In this document: positions 54,533-64,000 of the stretch, in pieces | Position numbering within the stretch: the stretch's first letter is position 1 | How the letters are laid out: every line of letters starts with the position of its first letter | Assembly (NCBI GenBank): GCA_009103225.1 | Contig: RHPI01002048.1 | Span: forward strand, 571,036-635,035 | Direction of reading: 5' to 3' | Source of the DNA: Chlorokybus atmophyticus | Taxonomy: Eukaryota; Plantae; Mesostigma and Chlorokybus algae | DNA length: 64,000 bases | The notes under the pieces: model-generated | What the model saw: the letters and a program-made list of their open reading frames with translations, nothing else | Databases searched by the model: none | Told to the model about the DNA's origin: nothing | Position numbers and translations under genes: made by a program

Positions 54533-54722
54533 NNNNNNNNNNNNNNNNNNNNNNNNNNNNNNNNNNNNNNNNNNNNNNNNNNNNNNNNNNNNNNNNNNNN
54601 NNNNNNNNNNNNNNNNNNNNNNNNNNNNNNNNNNNNNNNNNNNNNNNNNNNNNNNNNNNNNNNNNNNNNNNNNNNNNNNNNNNNNNNNNNNNNNNNNNNN
54701 NNNNNNNNNNNNNNNNNNNNNN
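54533..54722. other. Assembly gap (190 N) flanked by poly-G on both sides
   Basis: Read directly from the sequence. Confidence 0.99.
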
Positions 54723-54779
54723 GTGGGGGGGGGGTGGGGGGGGTGAGCTGATCGCACTCGAGAGATGAAAGTGGTACAT

Positions 54780-57700
54780 GCTGCCCTCAAGATCGCCCAC
54801 ATGAAGGCAGTCACTGTGGAGGACATTCCAGTGGTCGCCAACGCTACCTTTTGGTCCCATGCCATCGGACCGCTGGCTACGGGCCAGACACGAGAACAAC
54901 TCGAGGCTCCTCAACAAGTGGGGGAGTCGGTTTAGCTTTAACGTGAAGGAGCTGGGCAGCTGCTCAGTTTATTAGGTGGACATCCAGTTGGTGGACATTA
55001 AACCGATGTCCCGACGACAGTACCGACGCTCCCAGTTGGAAGAAGACTTGGTGGAACATGGGTGCAAGGCTCTGTTTGATGCAGGCCTGATCGAGGAGTC
55101 TACATCGGACTTTGCGGCCGCGAGCGCCCCTGAAGAAGGATTCAGCAGGCAACTGGACAGACTGGCGTATGTGCGGTAACTACCGCCCCCTCAACAACAA
55201 GACTAAGCAAGATAGGTATCCAATGCCTACTGCAAAGGTATCTTTGATGATGTTGGAGACTGTACAGTCTTTAATATCCTGGATATGCGTCAAGGGTACA
55301 ACCATCAAGGGGGAGGACAAGCATAAGACCTCCTTCTGGGGGCAACCGGCAGCTGTACCAGTGGCGGGTCATGCCCTTCGTATTAAAGAATGCTCCTGCC
55401 AAGTTCCAGCGCGTCATGGACAAAGCCTTCAAGGGATTGGACTTCGCACGCTGCTACATCAGCGACATCCTCATCTTCAGTCGCAGCAATGAGGAGCATC
55501 TCAGGCACATCGAGGAGGTGCTACAGAAACTGAAGGAAGTAAGGATGACGGTGCACCCCGACAAGTGCACCCTTTTTACCCACAAGGTACCGTACCTAGG
55601 GCACATGAATGTGCCCCACGGTGTATGTACAGCACGCCAAGATGGAGGCACTGGTGGCCATCCCTGCCCCCACAGATCTCACGCGACTGCGTGCTTTCCT
55701 CGGCCTTGCCATCTACTACAGACGGTTCGTCAAGGACTTCGCGAAGATCGCGCGGCCACTCAACGAGCTTCTGGAGAAGGACACGGAATTCCTTTGGAAG
55801 GAGGCATAATAAGAGGCCTTCGAGGAGTTGAAGCTCCGACTCACCACAACTCTCATTCTTCAGCGACCTGACTACAACAGGTCATTCATCCTGCACACAT
55901 ATTGGAGCAAGCTCGGCATGGGAGCAGTGTTCGTGCAGCACGATGACAACAAGAAGGAGCGCGTAGTGTCGTATGCAAGCCGCAACAATAACAGCGCTGA
56001 GGCCAACTACAGCAGCTATAAGGGGGAGTGTCTCGCCGCAATATGGGCCATCTCCTTCTTCCGCCTCTTTCTGTTTGGACGGTTTGGACGTGAGTTCCAA
56101 CTGATCACCGACTACCAACCACTGAAGTGCCTGATGACCAACCAGCACCTAACAGGCAAGTTGTCACGGTGGGCACTACTGCTGGAAGAGTATAACTTTG
56201 AGGTGGAGCATCGGGCAGGCCTTCCCAACCAGGACGCAGATGGCCTTGGTCGTCACCCCCACCTCAGCACCAACGATGCGACAGGAGCCCGACACGAGTT
56301 GGGTTCTGCAGCCGCACCTCCAGGTGTAGCGGCCATGTTTGCAGTCGCTGCGCTACGTTTAGGACGCAAGACCCAGGCCACCAAGGCAGCAGCAGACGAG
56401 GACGTGCCTTCTCTCGGGCCCACCATCACCGTCACCATCACTGTCACCGACCCCTTATCAGAGGAAGCGCTCGCCGCCGACTCTGAGGTGGACGATGAGG
56501 AGTTGGCACCCACCGACACACGATAGGACATCGGGCTTGACAAGCCATCCCTCGCACTGCTCCGGACTGGACAACCTCCAGCACGCATGAACACGCGCAA
56601 GAAGGACCAAATCAGTCAACGCACTCAGCACTATCGCTGGGCCGATGACAAGCTGTATCGACGGATACAGAATGAGTACAAGGAGGTCCCAACCAGCTGC
56701 GCGAGAAGGCATCATTGCTGCCCTTCACACTCAGCGCGGACACTGCGGTGTCAAGCGCACGGCCAGTCTGGTCAGCACTCAATACTGGTGGTATGGGGTG
56801 CACAAACATGTGTGCGAGTTCGTCAGCGATTGCCAGCGTGACATGGTCCGTGCAAGCCTCAACACGCGCAACGTCACCTTGCATCCCCTCCCCATCTCGA
56901 GACTGTTTTACCGCTGGGGACTGGACATCCTCGGGGACTTAACGCCCTCAGCAAGAGGCAACCGCTACATCCTCGTCATGATCGAGCACTTCTCCAAGTG
57001 GGTGGAGCTGGTGCCCCTGCCCGACAAGAGCAGCGAGGGAGTAGCCCAGGCCTTCCTCTCCCATGTACTCGGACGCTTCGGCAGCTGTGCTGAAGTTACC
57101 ACCCACTAAGGTATGTAGTTTAGAGGAGCCTTTGACAAGCTCATTTACAGATGCTTCATCGACCATCGTTGTACTACCCGCGACCATCCACAAGCCGATG
57201 GTCTCGCTGAGCGTACCGTGCAGATTATCAAGAAGGCTTTGCGCATGTACGTCTTCGACTACGAGAAGAACACATGGGATGACCACCTCCCATGGGTAGC
57301 ACTGGGGTACCGGCTGTCCAAGCAGGCAGCACTGCGGGAGTACATTCCATACTATTTGCTGTTTGAAAGGCAGCCATTGCTACCTTACCGCGCACAGTAG
57401 GAGGTCGACAGAGTGGTGGACAATCTCAACAACCCCGGCAAGATGCTGTATGATCTGACAGACGCTGACAGACGCTGTTCGAGCACACTGTCCCCATGGC
57501 CTTATACAACCTGCGCATTGCTTAGCACCGCAACACGCTTCTAGCGTGTGTGCAGCGGTTTCTACAAGAAACGAGAACGCCGCTTCCAGCCAAGAGACTT
57601 CGTCTACCGCATGACGGCCACACACGACACCCTCGACACTTTCGTCGGGCGCGCTATCTATAAGGTATTGAAAGTGTATCCCACAGGGGTACTGGACCTT

Positions 57701-58070
57701 CTGGGACAACAAGGCGAGCGCATGAAGGACAACATGGTGAACTGCGCGCCCTGTCATCTTCCCCACGTTGCTAGCTTCGGCAAGATCCAGCACCCGCGAC
57801 CGCTGCGAAGCACCCACTGCGAGAAATTTGGCAGTGCCAACAACGACCCGGTGATGCTGTTGTATATTTGCATTTATGCGAAGGCTGCAACCAAGGCATG
57901 CACTGTTACTTCCTTGACCCTCCATTGGACAAGGTGCCGCTGTGGGAGTATTAGTGCGATGACTGCCGCATTAATGGTCCCCCACACAATCGGTAAAAGC
58001 TGAGTCCTGGAGGCTACACAGGGTGCATGCTAGCTAGAAGTAGCCTTCAGAACTTCTAAGGGGGGTGGCT
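54780..58070 (+). mobile_element. Decayed Ty3/Gypsy LTR retrotransposon pol (RT-RNase H-integrase-PHD) with PPT
   Basis: KKD..GNWTDWRMCGNYRPLN, MPFVLKNAPAKFQRVM, YISD (degraded YxDD), RNase H (GMGAVFVQ, VSYASR, ECLAAIWA, ITDYQPL), integrase HHCC (HTQRGHCG...C) and core (WGLDILG, IEHFSKWVE). Frameshifts and stops throughout. Purine tract AAGGGGGG at about 58058-58065 precedes TGTTAAC, the likely 3' LTR start at 58071. No 5' LTR seen. Confidence 0.92.
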
Positions 58071-59258
58071 TGTTAACTGTGTGTACTGCAGCACAGCAGG
58101 TACATTAAGGAGGAGAGCGTCACCAGCTCTACTACTATAACCAATCCTCACATAGGTTCATCCCCGACCCTATGCCTATGTTTGGGGGGTCATCGACGGT
58201 TGTCTTTGTTTGTGCTGCTGCAATGCTGCGCGCAGCACCAGCATGCCCACGGCATGAGCGCTCGTCTGCAGTGTGCCCGAGACGGCATGACCCTCGACCA
58301 TGGCAGGCACGACACCTGAAAAGGACTCACCCACTTGAGCGATAATGTAACGAAGTGCTACTTCTATGGAGGTTCCCCGCCTTCATTTAAGATTAAGCAA
58401 GGGTCCCAACGGGTATATACAAGCAATTTCGTCGCATTAAGGATGTTAACCTAGTGTGAAGGCCCTAATGCAGTGTTGCTTATGTGTAACACTGATATCG
58501 ACATAAGACATGAATCTCATGCTGACATCAGCTTTATGGCGGCGCTGCTAACGGCGCGGCCGCCATAGCCAGGGGATCTTCTGCTTCAGCGATTGCCCTG
58601 GCCAAAGGCGGCGGCGGTGACGGCGTCGTGGCTGGTGGCGGTGTTGGGGTAGGGGATTAAAGGGGGCGGTAGCACCCCTCGTCACAGATACGCCCTTGGC
58701 GACTTGGTCGTGCCTGCGAACATTGCAACAAGACCAACCGGCAAAGATTGCGCAATCCTCCCCACTATCATGGTATGTTTGATGCCACATTAACTACCGT
58801 ACACCGCCGACGTTGCCGCTGCCGCTAACCAGACACACGGAGCTTTCGGCTATGCCGTGAGTTGACCCGTGTAAAATCACGTGTTGATAATCGCGACAAC
58901 GTCGTTACAACGTGTATACCGCTGAGGGATTAAATGGCCATCGGCAGTTGATCAATCGACTATCGAAGGTTTCCAGCCACAGACGGCAAGTAAGCCTTCC
59001 TTACTTTGTTGCTGTTCCAAAAATCCATATTAAGAGCTTGGGTCCTGAAATTGACTTCCGTTAGCGGATAGAAACTAGCTTTCAAGGCTTGATTCAAGGT
59101 AGACAAAAATGAATGAGGTATATCCGCTTGTCACCGCAACATGTGCAGCGTCGCGCGAGAATGACCGGTTTTTAGGTCGACCCATCGGTTGTAAAAGCGG
59201 CCTGCCGCGGCTATGAGTGGCGCTCACGTATAGCGCGCAAGAACCTGGCAAGTCGTCA

Positions 59259-59583
59259 AATAGGCTGGCGTTCAATGACGTGACGCCATTACTGAAATCA
59301 AGGTCGAGCTCCCATAACCATCTAATTACGAAGGGACCTCGAGGTCTCTTGGTGATTGAATGGGTATTGGACATCACGTCCTAAGGGGGAGGAATGCTAC
59401 AATTGTAGCATACATTCACACACATTGAATCCTTAACCATCAATAGGCTAGCATTTGACGTGACTCCATCACAGAAACTAACGTCAAGGTCCCTTGCTAA
59501 TTGAATGGTTATGAGACATTCACATTCTAAGAGGGAGGAATGTTACAATTGTAGCATACATTCACATTTGATTCTCAACCATC
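59259..59583 (+). repeat. Diverged tandem duplication (about 183 + 142 bp), each unit containing a PPT-like tract followed by TG(C/T)TACAATTGTAGCA
   Basis: Shared blocks AATAGGCT, TGACGTGAC.CCAT, TAAG.GGGAGGAATG.TACAATTGTAGCATACATTCACA, AACCATC. Confidence 0.8.
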
Positions 59584-60812
59584 GGCACCTTTTGCTGATG
59601 TGGCCTGGTGGAACACACTCATTTCGTACCACTTAATGAGGTATGTGCAAGACAGAATTGTCTTGCATACATCAACATCACAGCAGAATTGCACGAGCAG
59701 GCATAGCGAGTAGGGTAATATTCTTCACATATTGTCTACAGTGTACAAATGTAATAATATGTGCCGCGACACAACGACGATCATTGAGTCGTTGCACATA
59801 ATGCTGATAGCAGCAATTTACCATGCACACTACCATGCACATGCTCTATTATAGCACGATCACAACATCATCAAGGATCATCCACACATCATTCATGTAT
59901 ACGAATGCAGGTTGGCATACGCGTGATCATAGTGGCATGATGATCATAGCTTATTACACTATATCACTAGCCAGTCCACACATGCCTGCTGATGCATGAC
60001 ATGGTTTGACTGTATATACATGGGCCATGCTGCCATCCGATACCTTTTGTAAATCGCAGTGCCATGTGCGATGCATACCCTTTGATGTAGTCATTGGGGA
60101 TACGTCGCATATGGCACACGTGGCTGCCTACCCAGTACACAATGCGCAACATATGCCAACACTCGTTTATTCTGCGCTCAACACACTCACTACAAGTAGT
60201 AGGCATGGCAGGCAGGCACGAACGGCTTCAACTACACTTGGAGCCCTAACTCGCTATTTCCTACACCATGTGCTCTATGTGTGCATGCATGGGTGTAGGC
60301 AGGCAGGCAATGACAAGCAGCCAGCTGCCCTGGAGGGCTCTTTGCATAAGGCATTAATTGAATCACAGCTGCCGCGACATGCAGTAATTACAGCGCGCGC
60401 CCAAAACAGACTACCCATGCTACCACTGAGGACCTGCTGGATTGGGAGGATTAGGTGAGTACTAAGCGAAGTGTCAAAAATCATGGCTGTAAAGCCCTAC
60501 ATGTGTATACCGTCTCATATGCAATCACTCTATAAAGTAAGCAACACTACCACGACTACTGCCAGAGCCCCAACTGCCAGCCAGACACTCCGCAATATCC
60601 AAAACTGCAACCAGGTGACTAGGCCCCACCCTGGTACAGCGGTAATCGAGGTCAACTGGCAACCATGTCGGGGGAGTAAAGATCCTAACATTGGTGATAT
60701 TTAGGAGAACCCCAGGAGAATGCTCTTCGGCCTGTTTCTTGAATGGACAGCGAGCAGCGCAGCAGCCGGCACAGCTCAGGCTACAACCGACATTACGTTA
60801 CAACATGGGTAC

Positions 60813-62858
60813 TTATGCATTGGCCGGGGCTGGCGCAGTGCCTCCAGAGCTCGGGCGCGGTGTGGGTGCCGTACCGGTCCCGCGTCCCCTGGGAGGACCG
60901 CCTCTACCCCTGGATTGGGTTTGTTGCGAGCCACCGCCACGCGACGGCGTGTATGGCCTGTCTGTAACAGGCCCACGATCGGCGCTGGCAGCACCGCGGC
61001 CTCCTCCGCGCATCGGACCCGTGCTGCCGCGGGTGCGGTACGTCCCACGCTGCATTCCCCCACCCATTCCCCCACCCCTTGGCTTGCCACGACCGGGCAT
61101 GGGTCGCTTCGGTTCCACGGAGATATCGCGGTTATCAATGACAATTGTAGCTTCCATCGCTGCTTGCACTGCCGAAGCCTCCTCAAAGTCGATGAAAGCA
61201 TAACAGCCACCAGGCTGCACTCGAAGTGTGTAATCGTTACCACCAGGAACATCATTCTTCTTAACAAGTTTGCTGACAAGTCTATATTACAAGCACAAAA
61301 ACAGATAACTTGGCACTCACCTTCTGATTCTTGAGGATGATACCGTTGGGTTTGAGAGGCCCAAACTTGGCGAACTCCTTCTCAATTGTAGCCACCGTGA
61401 TGCTATGGGGCAAATTCTTGACAAAGATGGACTTGCCGTCAGCTGTGCATGGGAGGTAAGTTTAGCGCACATCAGAAGCCAGCCAAACACACAAACACAC
61501 TGTCAACATGTTTGCAGCACTTGCCATCATCCTCTGCAGCACTGGCTTCGTCACCAGCATCAGGTGCCGCACTGGTCGCAGCCACAGGTGCCTCGTTGAA
61601 GTTTGCGGTTGGCTCTGCGGCATCTACCACTGGGGCCGCCACTTGGCTTTGGCTGACAGCACTGGCCTCTTTCATGGTGCGCAACTGCACGCAGTACGCA
61701 AGAACTGAGGGGCCACAACTCGGAGGGCACGAGACACAGGCACATTAAGCTGGCACTCACAATGGAGGCATAGGTGAGGGGCTTCTTGGGCTTGTCGTTG
61801 TCCTCTGCAGGCTGATCACCCTCCGGGGCAGCAGGGGGAGCCGCTGCCTGCATGGGAGGTGGAGCAGCTGGAGCTGCTGGAGCAGCCTTGGGCACCGGCG
61901 ATGCAGGCGCAGCTGGTTGTGGTGCGGAGGCAGCCTTCGGTGATGCCACGGCCTCCGCAACTGGAGCAGCCTTGGGGCTTGAAATCACCTCTCTCTCAGC
62001 TGCCGGTGGAGGTGATGCTGGTGGCGCTGCAGCCTTGGCGGGGCTTTCCTTGACGGGAGCAGGCGCGGGTGCTGCTGCCGCGGGCGGCTCTGCATACCCA
62101 TTGGCAAGAGGAGCTTTCGCGGATGCAGGAGCGGGAGCGGGAGCGGAAGCGCTGCCACCATCGAGGAAACGGAACACGTCGTTGAGGACATAGTAGCCCC
62201 GTTCCTGGGGAGCCAAGAAGAAGGTCTGCACGAAATTGCGACAAGGGGTCTTCTTCGTGGTCAAGGTACCGGTGACCAGGACAATAACACCGCCATCAAG
62301 TGAGTACTGGGAGTCCACCGTCAAAATCTCTGCTTTGGAATCCTCATACTCCAGGCCGGACACCTTGACATGAATATCCTGTGGATGGCAAACACAATTT
62401 TCTTGTGAGTTTTCTGCATCGTCTGAGCAATGCAATGCCTGTAGCAGCCAAGCGCCATGTGCCAACAAGCTCACCCGCTGGCTTTTCACACTGTCCGCAG
62501 GGGTGTCACTGCCAAATTCAGCATGCGTGAAGGTGCTGTCATCGGTGTAAAACCGATGCAAGAACCTTGGGGCGCTGTGCAGGACCTGGTAGTACTGAGT
62601 GACGAAGGCCCTGCCAACCTGCAATTTGTCGAATCATCGAAGAGTTTGTGCCAAAATCTAGCCCCAACCGTACATACACATGACTGCCCTTGTGAGAGAT
62701 ACTGAACCACAAGTACTTTTCTTAAGCTAGCGTACTGCCTTGTGCATGCACACACAGTGCTACGCCAGGAGATCTGATACTAGCAAATATGCAATACCCT
62801 GCCTGACTACGAATATACTTACCACGGAAGGCAAGGGGCGGTCATCAGCAGTCGCCAT
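60813..62858 (-). CDS. G3BP: NTF2-domain / RRM / RGG protein (G3BP-like)
   Basis: ATG at 62858. VGRAFVTQYYQVLHSAPRFLHRFY, DSQYSLDGGVIVLVTGTL, FVQTFFLAPQERGYYVLNDVFRF (NTF2). P/A-rich linker. SIFVKNLP and CYAFIDFEE (RRM). RGG tail. Probable 5' UTR intron upstream. Confidence 0.93.
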
Positions 62859-63366
62859 GGTGCGAAGAAGATGCTGCAAGCAAGCTTGTTACTGCGCACA
62901 CGCAAATGCAGACTTATTAACAAGCAGCATAACTGACTGTAGCAAACCAATGTAGGAATTGTGAACACACTGAGCGCTTAAGCAGATTAACAACGAAGCA
63001 CCCAATAACAGCTGCGCAAGCAACGCAGACAGGTCGGGCCTTTATCAGACAAGTTTTGACCATGTAAGGCATGCACAAGAATGGGCAAATACACAAAAGA
63101 CTGTAGGAGTCAGTGACTAACTGTACAACAAGTGGTTGTTAGTAACGGTACCAACCCGCACCCGCCAAGATTGTTCAAACCCCTTCACCAGCGGCATCAA
63201 CCACCCTCACCTGGCTGCCGCAGGGCGCCGCCCTGCGCCTCAGAGAGAGGAAAAAATGCAGGAAAAGCTGCTCACGCGCTTGTCAAAAACCCCTTCGTCA
63301 ACGGCAGCAGCGCCGCGTCGTCGTCCTCGGCAGCGACAGGGGCAGCGCCGGCGACGATGGCGGCGA

Positions 63367-63397
<31 letters not shown>

Positions 63398-63713
63398 GGA
63401 CGCGTCCTCCAAAGCTGCCCAAACCCTAACTGTTGGATATCGCGCCTGCCACAGAATACAAAAGCGTGTTTTGCGCGTGTTTCGGCTGTCACGTTTTCCC
63501 GTACGCCGCGTCTCTAGTATCTAAGTCTGGTCAGTGACAGCAGCCGCGCAATACAGCACGTTCTAGCAAGGGCGTCCAACGGTGTACAAATTTGACTAAA
63601 CGGCTGACCTACTTCTGAAACAGTGCGATTGAAAAGCGTTAGTCGTAACGCTCGGGTTTACGTTTAGCTTCTGAGTTTTGGGCTTAGGTTCAGTCTGGAA
63701 GGTGGTTGTTGTC

Positions 63714-63818
63714 ATGGGCGAGATGGACGGCGGCGGCGGTGGTGAGTTTGACGGGGAGGGAGACAGGGAGGGCGTCCGAGCAGGGGAGAAGGCGGCGCTA
63801 AAGCATAGTCTATCTGCG
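63714..63818 (+). CDS. Probable first exon of a gene running out of the window
   Basis: GTCATGG start context, MGEMDGGGGGEFDGEGDREG..., candidate donor GCG|GTGAGG. Divergent from the G3BP-like gene. Confidence 0.45.
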
Positions 63819-64000
63819 GTGAGGGGCCAGATCATGGCTGAATTTGACATCGCATTGCAGCTGTGTGGTTATAAATTGAGCAATGTGGCCCGTGTCAATC
63901 AACGTTTCACGCTATCTGAATTGTTCTACATGAGTGACTGCGGTATGCACAATTTTTCTTTGGATCAGTATCACCTTCTGGTAGCTTAGTTAGTTCGTCA

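Noticed and set aside
54416-54917. ORFs spanning the N run
   Set aside because: Open only because the N codons are untranslated.

Overview
Eukaryotic nuclear DNA with many short GT-AG introns. The genes look plant-like (PABP, plastid Trx-x, CYP23-like cyclophilin, GAD with a plant-type tail) and one resembles a flagellar docking-complex protein, so the source is most likely a flagellate-stage green alga, probably a streptophyte (inference). 1-14.9 kb is gene-poor and repeat-rich and holds two families of tiny LTR retrotransposons (TRIMs) with exact 5-bp target-site duplications. 14.9-46.7 kb is gene-dense with strictly alternating strands: GAD(-), tRNase ZL(+), coiled-coil protein(-), ODA-DC/CCDC151-like(+), ePHD-preSET-SET methyltransferase(-), cyclophilin(+), thioredoxin x(-), PABP(+). 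47-60 kb holds an unknown spliced gene, microsatellites, a gag-like remnant, an assembly gap and a decayed Ty3/Gypsy pol ending in a PHD finger. 60.8-64 kb holds an NTF2-RRM-RGG (G3BP-like) gene(-) and the first exon of a divergent gene(+). Best candidate for a new system: both TRIM families carry a tRNA-type RNA polymerase III promoter split across the LTR boundary, with box A in U5 and box B just after the primer-binding site. Their only sense-strand T4 run lies in the LTR just upstream of box A. Coordinates were counted by hand and no database searches were run.
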